From the human T2T-CHM13v2.0 reference genome, Homo sapiens: a DNA stretch of 64,000 bases. Every line of letters begins with the position of its first letter. Positions within the stretch are counted from its first letter, which is position 1. Below, piece by piece: positions 29,190 to 43,344 of the stretch. The DNA is taken from NCBI RefSeq assembly GCF_009914755.1, contig NC_060927.1; one strand, 5' to 3'. The position numbers were made by a program, and so were the translations under genes. The notes under the pieces are model-generated. The model saw nothing but the letters and a program-made list of their open reading frames with translations. It was not told the DNA's origin and did not search any database.

Positions 29190-30690
29190 CATGTTCTTTT
29201 GTTTTGCAAAGAGTTCTTAGATGCTTGCAACGGTTCATTTTATGTGTCAACATGGCTTGGCCAGTGTCCAAATATTTGGTCAAACATGATACTGGATGTT
29301 TCTGTGAAGGTATTTTTGGATGGCATTTAAATCGGTGAACTTTGAGTAAAACAGTTTGCCCTCTATAATGTGAGTTAGCCTCTTGAATCAGTTGGAAGTA
29401 TTGATAGAATACTGACCTCCTCCAAATAGGGAGTAGATTTGCCAGCAGATGCAGATGGCCTTCAGAATTGAACTGCAATATTAGCTCTCACTTGGGTCTC
29501 CAGTTTGATGGCCTTCAAACTTGAATCACAACTTTATCTGTTCCCTGGGTCTTCAAACTGCCTGCCTTCTCTGCAGAGTTTGGACTTGCCAGGCCTCAAT
29601 TATCACATGATTTAATTTTTAAAGTAAATCTTCTCCTTGTGTGCACCTACTCTTGGTTCTCTTTCTCTGGAGAACTCTTACTAATACAGTGCTACACCAA
29701 AGGCATAATAACTAAAATTTTAAAAAGATAAATTGAACTGTACTGAAAGTAGAAGGCTTTTCTCTACAAAAGACACTATTAAAAGAATGAGAAGACACAT
29801 CATAAACTGGGAGAATATATTTGTAAATCACGTATCTGACAAAGAATTTTTCAAGAATATGTAAATAGTTCTCAAAACTCAAAAATAAAACAAAAAACAA
29901 CACAATTTTTAAATGGGCAAAAGATTTGGATATACACTTTATCAGATGACATAATTACGTGGCAATTAAGCACATGAAAATATGTACAATATCGCTATTT
30001 ATTAGTGAAATTCATATTAATGCTACAATGAGATACTATTACATATCTATTAGAATGTCAAGGGGGAAAAAGTGTGACAATATGTTGACAAAGATATAAA
30101 ATAACTTGAACTCTTCTTGTACATTTCTGGTGAACATTCAAAATGTTACAGCCACTTTAGAAAACAGTATGGCAGTTTTTCTCATGTACACTTTTATCAC
30201 CCAGCAATTCTATTCATAGGTATTTACCCAAAAGAAATGAGAACTTATGTTCACCAAAAATCCTACAAGTGAATGTTTACAGCAGCTTTATTCAAAATCA
30301 TGGAAAACTGGAAACAACACAAATATCTTTCAGCAAGTGAATGAGAAATAAACTGTGGTGAAAGCCATAAAACACAATAAAAGAAATCAACTGTTGATGC
30401 ATATAACGACAACATAACTTAATCTCAGTTTCTTTTTAGTAAGTAAAAGTTGTCAGAACTGAAAGTCTAAATTCTGTATAATTCAATTTATGTGACATTT
30501 ATAAAAGATAAAACCACTGGGACAGAGAACAAAATAGTGGTTGCAGAGGTTGAAACTGTGATGAGGGGCTGACTACAAAGAAACAGCACAAAATTTCTGT
30601 ATTGTGTTGGTAGACACGCAACTCTCTCGCAACCCACAAAATGGTACACCACAAAGACTGAATTTTGAAGTAGGTCAATATAAAATCTAA
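29190..30690 (+). mobile_element. Old L1M (ME/MC) 3' portion, interrupted by MLT2
   Basis: 'gcaaagagttcttagat|acaccaaa', 'cagccactttagaaaacagt', 'cagcagctttattca' are ORF2 C-terminal motifs. Confidence 0.75.
29226..29688 (+). mobile_element. MLT2D-like solo LTR
   Basis: TG...CA ends, 'ttttatgtgtcaac' and 'tctctggagaactcttactaataca'. 5-bp TSD atgct/gtgct. Confidence 0.88.
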
Positions 30691-30859
30691 ACTAAGAAAA
30701 GATGTCTGCAATATTTTTATTCAGATTTCCTGTCCCAGCCTTCGTACAGGTGTTGTGTTAAACCTCTTTTATTTATTGTTTCTGGATGAGGAGTCTTATG
30801 ATAGATGATACATTACATATATTCCCAAGAAGAAAAATTGGGATAAGGAAAACTAATTA

Positions 30860-31055
30860 AAATTGATGATACCCCCTCTGTGCACTTGAGTACAATATTA
30901 TACATTTGCATCCATCATGCCATTTAACTCTTATATCAACCTTATGAAGGAAGTTGTTAACATATAGACACTTATCCTACAGAAAGAACAGGAAACCCAG
31001 GAGGGTTTGGAGGGCTAACAACGTAGTTGTCTGATTCAGCATTTTGTGCAATCTC
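30860..31055 (-). mobile_element. MIR SINE relic
   Basis: 'catttaactcttatatcaaccttatgaagg...cagaaagaacaggaaacccag'. Confidence 0.5.
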
Positions 31056-31067
31056 CATTATATTACT

Positions 31068-31248
31068 TTTATAAAATTTATTTTTTATTTATTTTTAAAT
31101 TATTATTATTATTGATATTAGTATTTTTGGTACAGATGGGATCTTACTATGTCATTCAGATTGGTCTCAAACTCTTGCCTCAAGCAATCCTCTTGCCTCA
31201 GCCTCTCAAAGTACTGGGATTATAGGTGCGAGCCTCCACGCCCAGCCA
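31068..31248 (-). mobile_element. FLAM / AluJ left monomer
   Basis: 'ggtctcaaactcttgcctcaagcaatcctcttgcctcagcctctcaaagtactgggattatagg' with a T-rich tail. Confidence 0.85.
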
Positions 31249-32201
31249 TGATACTATTATAGGGCAGATAGTTATTGTTAATTATGTTTTTTGTGATTAG
31301 TAGATGAAGGATACAGAAGCAGGTGAATTATTTCATTTATCTGTTGTTCCTTTCTCTCCCAAGGTGATCCACTGTGTGATACATAAGACAAGTGTCCTTC
31401 ATAAGAAAATTGTAAGTGTCTATTGATGGAAATGCTTCTCTTTAGGGAGTTCTTTTTCTTCTCTGGAGCTTTCTAGGTAGGTGACAGCAGTATACCTAGT
31501 GCCACATTGTAACTAAAGTGACACACATTAACAAAATAATAGTGCTGCCTTTATATGTTTCTTCTAATGTTCCAGAGTTATCAATTGTATAATCATCAAA
31601 GAGTTCATAAAATTATTTTTCTGTGAAGAACAAAGCTGATCTTACCCCTGTTTTTTGAACATGTGTTGACAGGTACACAGGAAAGTGGAAAATATTTCTT
31701 AGAGAAAATCTGAGTCATTAAGTTGTCCAGATAATCCATTCACTTTGTAAGCTGTACATCTCACATTATTATTAGTTTAGTATGTGCTGAACACTGAATA
31801 AAAACATTTCTTTGAAACTGCGTGAGTACAATGTTTATGAGATAATGCACCTCTGTCAACATGGACTCAAGTCCATTTTGTGCCATGTGTGTAGGTGGAA
31901 AACTGGGTTAGGAATGAGGGAAGGCACTGTTAGCATCAGGGCCTGTGAGCAGAGAATAGAAATACGTATGAGTCAAAAACAGAAACTTTCAGACAGGGCT
32001 AAAACAAAATATTACAAATCTTAAAGGACACACTAAGTAGTCTAGAATGAAAGAAGCAAGAACTCAGATAATCATGAAAATTGAAAAGGGAGGCAGGAGG
32101 CACCATGAGGCATCAGCATCCCGGAAGCAATGGTTGACACAACATTCAGCAATGACCTTCTTAATGCATTGCCAGCCAAGGCAAGACACTTTCTGAGGAA
32201 G

Positions 32202-32552
32202 TGTCTTAGTCTGTTTTGTACTGCTATAGCAGAATACCTGAGACTGAGTAATTTACAAAGAGCAGCAATTTATTTTCTCACAGTTCTAAAGGCTGGGAAA
32301 TCGAAGAGAAAGGTGTTGTCATTTGTTGTAGACTTTCTTACTGCATTCTGACATGGTGGAAGGTGGAAGATGAAAGGTCAAGGAAGACAGAACCCGCTCC
32401 ACAAGCCCTTTTAATAGCAACATTATTCCATTCATGAGGATGGAGTCCTCATCCCCTAAACATCTCCCATTAGGTCCCACCTCCACTCATTGTTGCATTT
32501 AGGATTAAGTTTCCAACACATGAATTTTGGGGTACACATTTGAACCACAGCA
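32202..32552 (-). mobile_element. MLT1A-like MaLR solo LTR
   Basis: tgtcttagtctgttttg...ccaacacatgaattttgggg...aaccacagca. TSD ggaag/gcaag. Confidence 0.88.
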
Positions 32553-34289
32553 GCAAGACAATCTAAAACTGAAGTATGGAAGCAGTGTCAGTTATATGGA
32601 GAGGGAAATGTACTTGGATTAAAACAAAAACAAAAACAAAAAACCTCTTGGCAGTTTACTATAATTGTTCAGAAATTCATGTTTGTGACTTCGAACTAAG
32701 GTATTTGTGTAATTATCTTCACTGAGACCTGAAGGTTTTTATTTTGTTTTTCTTCCTATTTTTGGCAATATAAACTAGAGGGAATTATCTACCTGACTTA
32801 GAGCCAATTTAAAAACTAACAAAATAGCACCCATTAACCTAATTTGACTTACCCAGTAAGTCAATATTAGCTAGTGCTAATATTCATCTTCATTTAAGGC
32901 TTGTTAAATTAATCTCTTACCTTAACTCTTAAGCCAGCAGGTGTTAAGCATGATAATCTATTGGGATATTCATTTGCATATAGTTTTTCCTTAATTTCCT
33001 CTCCTCCCACTAAATTGAGTGGCCAAGCCTACCTATTAATTGCCACAGGTAATTTTACAGGAGCTAAATCAGAGGTTTCCTGAAGATAATGTTTCTTATT
33101 GTGTTCAGTAAATGCCACAACAAATTGAAGATATGGGAATAGAGAAAGAAAAGGAAGATAATTCTTCAAAAGTAGGAAGAAACAAAAATCACCAGACCCT
33201 GATGTTCTTGGTCACTTGATACCTACTCTGCAGTAATGCCCTGTGGAGAAGGCCAGACCTCAGAGACAATGGAAGCATGCTGCGCATGAGAGGCTGGCCC
33301 TGGGTATGCCAGTGCCCCATGACTAGCTCAGAAGCCGAGTTCTACCAGATGCAGAAAATGGGGGTAGCAGCAGCCATCATAATTCAGTAAAGACTGAGGG
33401 TCTTCCTGTATTTCAGAAGTCACATGATCTTTCCAGTTTCTTGAGACGTCTTGCTGAAAGGAAGAGCCCTGACACTGATAAAAATAGAATTTTTCTTCCA
33501 GAAGATAGAAGAATAAACAAGGGAGAGGTCTGGCAGCTGTTTGATGTTGATTTTAAGACAACGTTAAAAGCATTTTTGTTTCTCTCACTACTACATTTTT
33601 AGATTAGTATTCCTTTGTGGCATGTGCTTAATTGTAGCGCTTACAGCAAGGTTAACTTAGCTGCTTCCCCTTTTGCAGAATTTAAAGGGTCCCTTGTAGA
33701 AATACTGCCCTTATTTAGATTTAGTTACTGTTTTCAAAGTGAATGTGAACATAGTAACCTTTACTATATTTGTACGCTTGTAGAATATTAAGAAAAAATT
33801 GAAAAAAGGACAATTTAGGCTCAGCACTTTTTTTTTTTCAGATTAAAAAAACCTGAAATCCAAAGTCATAGCATGGCCTCTAAGATAACAGATGTCCAGA
33901 GGTAGAGTTGGGACCAAGGCTCACATCTCCTGGAACACAGCCTCAGCACTGCCTGCCTGCCTTCATAAGACACCTAAGCCAGTCTGGCCCTATCTTAAAA
34001 ATTGCTAAATTGAGAGGAGGAAACCTCTTCCTTCAATTAGGGAAAATTCGCTGTTTAGTATCATATTTAGAAAATAATATTCTTCCAGTGAGTTATCCAC
34101 AGAAAGGTATTATTCTTCACAGTGAGCCCCTATGGTTTTCAGAACTATGATTTTAACTTTGTCATCTAGTCCCATTTTCATCAATCTGTGTGGCAATACA
34201 TAGATTTCTCTCCTGAGGTGAGTAATTCTGCTAAGAAAAAGAAAGGATCAGTTTCTCTCTCTCTCTTTTTTTTTTTCACTAAAATCCTC

Positions 34290-34800
34290 GTAAGAAAGAC
34301 ATTGGATCAGGAGTTAGTCTTATTTCTGGGCCCATGTAGGAAAGTGGGCAGCACAGTGCTAGAAGATAGGGATCCTTCCTGTTTACCAGTGGCTTTGCGC
34401 AGTGTACACCAGAGAGAATAGGGTGAGCATTTTGTACTGAGACATTCAGCATCTTAGCAGCAAAATGTGAGTGAGAAGCATGGGAAATAGAGGTGGGGAC
34501 TTTGGGCAGAACCCTAGACCTCTCGTTGAAAACAGAGTGCCTGGGACAGTGGTGAGGTCTTCCTCCACTGAAAGCAGCAGCTTTGAAGAGAACTAGAAGT
34601 GACAGAACTGTAAGATAGCAGAGCAGAGCACATACCCCGCACCTCCTCAGGGCTCCCAGAAAGACTGAGGATAAGGGATAGAGTGCATAAGTTTTGGGGG
34701 CTGGAATTTCAGCAGGTTCTCTGATGGAGGGATAGAGCCACAGAAACAGAATTTAAAAGATGTTAATTTAATCTATTTTTTTCCCCTTTGGCTTGCTGTG
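34290..34800. mobile_element. Probable ancient LTR relic (family uncertain)
   Basis: G-richer block with LTR-like texture and no ORF; not matched to a consensus with confidence. Confidence 0.3.
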
Positions 34801-35789
34801 GCATAGGGACAAATGGGTTAGAGTGGAGCAGTCATGTAGTATTTGCCGTATTTAACTAATCCCATTGATTTCTCCCTCCTCTGCTTTCTCCCTTCTTTCC
34901 ACCCCATCTCAAACTCACTTTTTTCAAAGTTTGATCTGAACCCCAGCCCTGATACCTATCTTGTAATGCTTCTCCCTGATCTGATCTTCAATGGCATTTG
35001 TGGTTTGTCCCCAATTTTAATTTATCCTATGCTATCTTATCTTATTGGTCATCTTTTCAAGAGTATTTAGCTTTTCCCCTCTTATAATGCAACCCTGTGG
35101 TTTTCATGTCTGAATACCACCAGACACTCAGGAAAGCACATTAAATCTTGTAAAGGGTTAATAAATGTTTATTGATAAAATTATTGACATTGCATTTAAA
35201 AGCAAATTAAACATTGTGAATCTCTCTAATTTAAAAAATACACACAACAATAATACAACTGTATAAAGTATCTGCTTCCCCTTTTGCAGTTACTTAAATT
35301 GGAAAATTCATAGTCATTAGTACTGGCAGTTAAAAGACTTTCTGTTGTATTCTGATTGTCTCTCCATTCAAAATGACATGCTGAAATAGTGATAATCTTC
35401 TGGAATAAATTAGAAGACATTTTTGTTTTTTAAGTGTCTTAAATACCTCCTCATTTAAAAAAATAGGAAAGAGTGATATTATAGAAATAAACTATAGAAA
35501 ATAAATGCAATATTTTAATGCTGATTTAAAATTTAAAACTTTCATAATTATCAACTAAGCAAACTGCCACATTTCACACTTTCTTTAAAATGTGAATTAG
35601 TTAAGTTTATTTCAAACTTAATAACCACAAGTTAAGTTTGATTATTTTCCTTTTGAAAAGACTCTTCTGGGGACTCTTAAAAGGATAAGTTCCCTGGTGG
35701 CTTTAATCTCTGGATCAACCAAATAAAATTCATTTTTGAATAAATAAAAGAACAAGATATTTTATCACACACTATGTCTCCATACCTCT

Positions 35790-36330
35790 CAAGCCTTATC
35801 AGAGCACTTAAGGCTGGTGTTCATTGTTCCCTGCCTACCCTTCAGCCCCAGGGTTCATCACTATTGCACCTTATGTTCTTGCAATTCCTGGCTATATCCA
35901 AGCTTTCAAGCCCTGGCCCTCGCATTTGCCTGTTTATCTGGCTGGAGAGTTCTCCTACCCTATCTTCACGGAGAAAACTCAGACTTCTTCCTCAGCCTCT
36001 GCCCACAGTGTTTTTCCCATAGTATGTAGGCATGTCTGCCTCATTCTCATTTTCTCTTTTCAGCTCAAATGTCACACAGCAGAGAGACTTCCCTCACCAC
36101 CTTGTCCCAACTGGCTTTCCCAATTTCACTCCATAACCCATTGCATGATTATTTCCTTTCTTGGTAACAACAATTTTCAGTTTTCTTGCTTATTTACTTG
36201 TTTATATGTTTATTGTCAGATTACCCATGTAAACATTAATTTGTTTACTAAGGTGGAGGTTTCACCTGTCTTGATCAGTTTTTCGCATTCCTAAATTCTC
36301 CTGCAATTCCTGTCACACACCTGCCCTCTT
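35790..36330 (+). mobile_element. L2 3' region
   Basis: 'cagctcaaatgtcac...agagagacttccctcaccacc', 'tttacttgttt', 'cctgtcacac'. Confidence 0.7.
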
Positions 36331-36919
36331 GATAAGAGGAAAGGGTCTTGAAACATTATACGCAACCAGATGTAAGCAGAAAGAGTTTTGTAGTCAAAGA
36401 ATGCAGCAGGAAACGTTTGAGATGTTCTGGAATTTGAAAAGCTGAAGGAAGGCTAACATTGGAACCTTTGCTTCTAGCTACACCACTGACATAACTGTGA
36501 CATCTGGAGTCAGTTACTTGATTTGAAGGATATATTTGAAATAATTTTAAGTTTTAAAACTCTAGGGTACTGTGATTTATCTACTTTGCTTTGGATTCTA
36601 GTGATTAATTTGTGCTATCTTCTCTAAAACAAGCAACAGTTTATATTTGACTTTTTCGGTTTTAATTTTTTTGTAGCATTAGCTGTCTGACTTCAGTCAA
36701 GCAACTTAGTGTTTTGTGTGTCAATTTCTTTACCTATAATTTGATAGGGCAGAATGAGAGAGGGAGCACTAAAATCCCTTTTAGATTCCCCTCAACCCCC
36801 ATTTGTTTTTACACTGCTTTTTGTTTGCTTGCTTGCTTTTAGGACACAGAACTTTATGATGGATAAACCAAGGGAAAGAGGAGAACAGACACCAGAAACT
36901 GGCCATGGGAAGAGTTCTC

Positions 36920-37140
36920 AATAGGGCTGATGCTAACAAGCTCAGTGATACTTGGTGAGCATTGAAGCTGACCTCCTTCTATTACCTGCAGGTACAAAGG
37001 TGCACATTTCCTGCCTCACATGTTGTACAGCAATTCAGTAAATTTCCAAGTGTTATTAGCTGGTATCTTATAAGCCAGTTGGCATGGTGCTTGGCACATA
37101 GTCAGACTTTAACCAAAGGTCTGCTAAGATATTTATTAAA
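36920..37140 (+). mobile_element. MIR SINE
   Basis: 'cctgcctcacatgttgtacag...ggcatggtgcttggcacatagt'. Confidence 0.6.
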
Positions 37141-37629
37141 ATAAAAGATTTAATCCTGGTTTTGATTTCCCAGTGTGACAAAACTCTGAAACGATAGCAC
37201 AGGTGGGGACAGCTCAAGCCCTGGAGAAGTGGAGTCGTCACTAGAGTTTTAGAATTTTCTATCACCTTAGTCATTGATACTGTTAGTATACCATGTTTCT
37301 CTTCCCACTAAATCCTGCCAAATACAAGTGTCCCATTTCAGCTGCCAATTTCATGAGGCAGATGAATTACTCTGAGTAACACATGACTTGAAGGGCATCC
37401 ACTTCTGTGATGACTTCAAAGATCTATCAACAATAAACTGGGGCAACATCTACCAAAAGGGCTGCTGGCAACTTGCACTAACTTTGCACATCTGAAAGTT
37501 TTCTGCCCCAAAAGACCGAGTCTTCCAGGGGCCAGCGCTGTCCTAAAATAAACTTTGGGCTCACCTGATCAAATCCTCTTAATTTAAAAGTAACCATACT
37601 GATAATTAGGGTGAAAATAATTAAGATAT

Positions 37630-37770
37630 TGAATGCAGTGGTTAAGAGACTCCCGGATGCATATTCTAAGCTCTGCTACTTATTATGTCATTTTCCAATA
37701 ATTAATTAACCTCTCTGTGCCTGTTGCCTCATCTGTAAAATTGATGCAATTTAGCAGTGTCTACAGTAAT
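37630..37770 (+). mobile_element. MIR SINE
   Basis: 'gcagtggttaagag...ctctgctactta...ttaacctctctgtgcctgttgcctcatctgtaaaa'. Confidence 0.75.
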
Positions 37771-40317
37771 AAGTATTTTTCAACCATCTTCCATTTTAGA
37801 AAAAGTCCTCCCTCGAAAATGGGAATGTTTGAGCAAGTATATGGGTTTGGGAAGGACATGTTTGGAGAAGTGAGAAAAGAAGTGTGCATATACCTAACTG
37901 TAGCCAAACCAGATTAATCCTGGTAATAAATGATGGAACAGTGTCACTTTCTGAGATAGAGGAGCCTGGTGAAAAGAAGAAGTACCTCCACAGCCCACTG
38001 GTTAAATAATAATTATGATGCCAATAATTATCTTCTTTAAGTATTTTATAAATATCAGAATGCCTAGCTCCTGAAAATAGGATTTGAAAATTTTAGGCAA
38101 ATGTAAAGAGCTTTCTTAACAGTGTTGACTGGTAGTGTGAGTCATCAGCAATAGGGGCAGAGTGGGGGACATATGGGATGGGAGGGAGAGATAATGGTTT
38201 CTCAGTCTCTCTTAATCTCGTGTGAGACGGTATAAATATATTGTCATGGAATAACTAAAATATAAATTATCTTGTTATTAATTATTTAAAGTAGCCTTCC
38301 AGAAATGAGGAATTGATAAAAATTTAAGCACAGAAATAACCAATGAGGTGTATCATTATGTTTACATTGTTTCTTTGAATTGTCTCTTTGGGGATATCAT
38401 TAGCTCCAATTTTCCTAGCTTTACCATGTAGAAATAGTGTGAAAGTCAAAATTACAAAATTACATAGGTATTTTTAAGAATGTTTTAAACATTTTATGGC
38501 CTCACATCCAATTGCATGCCATTTCTTCTGAGAGTAGCATCTTTCTTTGGTTTGATTTTAATTACTCTAGTCTGGTTCAGTTTGGGTACATTATTTTTGT
38601 TTTGGTTTGGTTTAATTTTGCTATTGGACCCTAATTATTAAAGTCTCCTAGTAAAATTAAATTGTCTTTCAGCATACCCAAAACATTTATAAACTATGTG
38701 TATGTACTAGCATATTAGGTCAGTGCTAAATACAAGAAAATAAAACTCCTTGTTTGCTATGTTTTAAAAGAGGTTTTAACAGAAATAAATTTATATTTAA
38801 ATTAGATTTGATTAAATGTTTTCAAGCTGAAATAGTGAAATTCAGGAGCAGCATTTTGCATTAGTGGTTCTTCTAATTCTGAACAAGAATATGTCTGTCT
38901 CAGCTAGTGCCCTACATCAATCATTACTTAGAAATGTCATTCTCATCACCATGTCAGCAAGTAATATACTTTTTGCAATTGCTATGTAACCAGCACTCTG
39001 GTGTTTTTCAAGTATTAACTGATTTAATACTTACAATATAAATACCATTATTTCTAAAAAGTTACTTGACCGAAGATTCATAGTTAGTAGTGAATGTAGG
39101 CCTTGAACTTGGGTTAATGTGACCATAAAAGTTTTCAGTCTTAGCTCTTAAGTTAATCTGCACATATTTCAATGGTATTCTGCTAAATATGTCTATTAAT
39201 ATGAGTTTGATACTATCAATACTAAATTCAATACATTTAAATCTTTTTAAAATTACTTGTATTTGCGCCCTCTTTTTTCACTTTCTCTCACTCTCACTTC
39301 TCTTTTAAATGTTTTGAAAAACAGAGCCATTAAATTCATCAGTATATTCTATATTCTCAACTAACCATTTGCATTATGCTTTTAATTTAATGTATTTCCA
39401 CTTAAGTCAATGCATACAAAAGTATGTCTTAGTAAAGTCATGCAAGCAAAGATTACATTTTGAAAGAATTCTTTACCTATAATGTTTATTTAAGTCAACA
39501 GATTAAAGATTTAAGAGAACAAAATTAGCTGTCATTCGGTAAATTCAAATTCCTCTTTAGCATAATAACCATCCTTGAACACCTTCAACATTTGACAAAA
39601 GAATTCAGCAGAGTGGTTATATTACCTTGAGTTGAATTACCTGTAAGCAAATTGAAAGTGAAGAAAATTAAATTCATATGCTATGTAGGCTTCTATACAA
39701 ATCTACAATAATTGTATTTAAATTTGAATTCTTTCTTAACAATTGCATCCCTGTGAGAATTCATGGAATAATTGTTTAGTGGAACAAAATAGATATTCAA
39801 TTTCTAAGCAAATAGAACTTATTTTAAAAGTTATAGAATACAGTTGCATATTGAAACACAGCATTGCTTACAGTTAATAAATTAAAAAGCCAGTTGTTTT
39901 AAATAGATCATCTTGAAAGTCACCCAATATGCCTTATTACATGGTTTTCCTTATATTTGAACTCAAAACTTGACTCTCATTAGATAGTCAAGTAGGGATG
40001 ATTGCAGAGTATGGAGGGCTTGTAAGTGCTACTAGCTTGGGTTTTGATAGCTATTAGAAGATAGCCTAAAAAAATATATAACATAAGAAAATTATCTCCT
40101 CTGTATAACCTAAATGAAAATAATTTGGAAGTAGAATTATGATTTGATTCACAATAGGGAGAATTCAGTTAAAATTGTTTAAACTCATTAATCATGATAC
40201 AAGCTATCAAATTAGAAAGACCCAATAAACCAGATGGATTCTGGGTTCTTACTGGAGGTATAGAGTCTACCTTTTATCCGGTGTTTTTAAAAATGTGATT
40301 CATAGACTATTTACTTC

Positions 40318-40445
40318 ATAATGCTCTGAAAGACTTATTTTAAAAATACAGATTTCTAGGACTGTCTCAGGCTACTAAATTAAAATATCTATGGGAGAGC
40401 CCAGGAATCCATATTTTTACTAAGTACCTCAAGTGATTTTTGAAT
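40318..40445. mobile_element. MER5A/B (hAT-Charlie) MITE
   Basis: 'ttaaaaatacagatttctagg...gagcccaggaatccatatttttactaagtacctcaagtgatt'. Confidence 0.7.
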
Positions 40446-40790
40446 TTTAAATGTAACAATAAAATACAGAAATCTCAAATGTGCAGCTGGATAAATATTT
40501 ACATATGAATATACCCATGTAACTGTCATTCAGAATCAACAGATGGCTAATTTCCATCACTCTAGAAGGATTTTTCATGCTCTTTCTAGGCAATAACACA
40601 CCCAGAGGAAAAATACTACTGTTTTGCCTCTTCTTGAACTTTATACAAATGGAATACATAATATATGCTTTTTGTAGTTGATTGACTTCTTTCAACATCC
40701 GGTATTTTAGATTCGTCAGTGTTGTTGAGTTTATTAACAGTGCATTCTGTTTTAATTGCTTTATAGTTACATGATGCATGTTTGGGTAGT
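40446..40790 (-). mobile_element. Old L1M 3' end
   Basis: 'cacccatgtaac'-like and 'gaactttatacaaatggaat' antisense L1M 3'UTR motifs. Confidence 0.7.
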
Positions 40791-43077
40791 TTTCCAGGTA
40801 ATTCTTAAGTACTATAATATTTTAAAATCTTTCACTTATAGCTTTGAAGGAATATTCTGTGGTTGATCAGGACAGCCTGCCACCAAAATAGAAGTTTCAA
40901 ATGTTCTATCTTCTAAACATTTTACCATGAAATTTCAAATTTAAATCACTCCTTTTTTTGATTTAACCATAGTTACAGAGGCTGAATTTACATTAAAACA
41001 AATGCTGTCTGAGAGGACTTTCTATGCATACATTTTATAGAATATTTTATCATATTACCATGTATACGTTTATAGGATTAACTGGCATAAAGAAGGTTAA
41101 TAGACACAGAGTGATAGGAAGAACCAGCGGAGAAAAGGCAAATAGATGAAGCCTTAGGAAATCCTACTTTTACTGAAGGTAGGGAAGAAAGGAGAGGAGT
41201 GAAGTAGATTATAGACCTGTGAGTCCCCTTTCTCAAACACATTACACCCCTTCCCATCCCACTCAACTCTTCCCATGCCCTTGCCTGTTGCCAGCTACCA
41301 CTTTCTCTTGAACTCATCCTAACTAGGCTGAGAACCCACTCTCTTCCCATGTGTCATGATTAAAGTACCAGCATCAAATATGCAGGATTACCTTCTATGC
41401 CTTCTTTTCCCAGGTCCCTGCACCAAGACCTTGGCTGACAAGAAAAACCTCCATGCAATGGTGATGGGTATCTCATTCAACCCAGCATTCGCTTTATCTT
41501 TGCCAGAAAGTTCCAGTGATGGTTTATAAATAAGACCCCCAAACTTTACTCTTTATTTGGTATAGTGCCAGTAAACATACTAACTTAGAGCGTAGAATAT
41601 TCTTGGTCTACAATTAAAACCACATTTAAATTTATTTGTTGAACAGTAGTCATATTTCATACATAATGTAATTGAGAAATTACTTAATAAACTTTTAATT
41701 TGACTTTGGAATTGTCTTGTTAGGTTCCTGAATATTCTATTAGAAAATGAACCACGAGTCAGTGAACAAGTCAGAATTAAAGCAACAGTCTAAATCTTTT
41801 TGTAGACTTTAGTATAAAATTATCTATATATACATATGTCTTCATGCGTGTGTATACGTGTGTGTGTGCATGTATATGTGTATGTGAATCATCACACACA
41901 TTATCACACAGAGATTGTTTCTAAAGAAGTTCTCTGGAATGTGCTATTGGACTTGCACTCCTTGTGATATTTAAACCTAATAGCTCAGGTTTGTAAGCTA
42001 TGCCAACAAATCAATAAATTCAATAAATTCTCAATTCTAATAAATCCATATTGTCAAAATTCAGTCAAAAGCTGAATGTCTAGCATATCCTGAAGTTACT
42101 TCCAAAACTGCTCAATATTTATGAAAAACATGTTTACTTTAGTGATGTCTCCAGTATTTTACATACTTTGTATGGAATAACTTGTAAAATTTATTTCCCC
42201 CTTATTTAAAAATTATTCTACTACAGTATAAACAGCCAATTTGTTGAGTATCTCTTTGGTTTTTCAACCATCTATAGTGATTTATATAATGACTTTTGAG
42301 GGTTGAAAATTTTTGGTATTTAATATTCAAAATAGTGCACACTCAAGAATTTAATAAGCTTTTGAGACTTTCATAAGGCAAGTCAGAATAGTGTTTACTT
42401 TTGAAAAATTAAGCAATTGAGGCAAGAAGAAATAATTGATTTATCTTAGTGAATCAAGAAGCTGGCTATAAACCTTAGTACTAGATCACTACTTGTGATT
42501 ATTTTTTCACAAGTTTATCTTAGAAAGAAAGTAGCTAATTTCTGAAGATTCTTGCACAACCTTCAGTGAATTTTCTGGCTCAACATTACTAATGTGAGGA
42601 AATCACATGTGAAAACAGGTACAATGTGCCTTTGTTTAAGAATTTACTTCTGAAGGCTAATTTCTAGAGCACCTTTGCCTTTCATTATGGGGTAAAATCA
42701 TAATTAATATTTTTATTATAAAGGTGATAAAAAACTGTCTCCTTTCATCAAGTTAACATCCATTTATTTTTCTCAAACATTGTAAAAGACATCTGGATTC
42801 TTGTTTCCCTCATGGATAGAAGAGACTCCTGCTACATAACATGGTCCATCAAAGCATAATTCAACATCTATTCCCAACATACTGCCCCATTTGTCTGTGA
42901 AAATCTATGTTAGTGCTTATGATGTGTTGGTTTTTTTTTTTCTTTTTTTCCTTTTTTGGAGAAAGTAAGAGAGAGAGAAAAAGCCATGCACAGGGGTCGG
43001 ATGCCTGTAGTCAAAGAAGACAAGGCATAAATACCTCTTACCACTAGGAACTTATACAAGTCACATGTTCCAAATAC

Positions 43078-43340
43078 GTTACCAGTGGAAGAGAGCCGAG
43101 TTACCCCAAGTTACCGGTGGTGAATCCATACGGGTCCACAGCAGCTTCAGTCCTTGCCTCCTCAGAAGGAAGAATTTGACTGAGGAGCATAAAGCAGAAG
43201 AGACCGAGGCAAGGTTCAGAGCAGGAGTTAAAGTTTGTTAAAAAGTTTTAGAACAGTAAGGAAAGGAAGGGAAGGAAAGAAAAGAAGGAACATACTACTT
43301 GGAAGAGGGCCAAGCAGGCAACTTGAGAAACCAAGTGCCA
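43078..43340 (-). mobile_element. ERV1 LTR 3' fragment (MER50-like)
   Basis: 'gttaccagtggaa...gttaccggtggtgaatccatacgggtc...ttgcctcctcagaaggaagaatttgactgagg' resembles the recalled LTR end in antisense. Confidence 0.7.
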
Positions 43341-43344
43341 GCGC

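Noticed and set aside
28663-30690. Twin-priming inversion at the L1 orientation switch near 29150
   Set aside because: Each side appears to have its own 3' end, which fits two independent elements.
35774-36294. Overlapping ORFs up to 156 aa
   Set aside because: They lie in an L2 relic, show no protein motif, and have no exon support.
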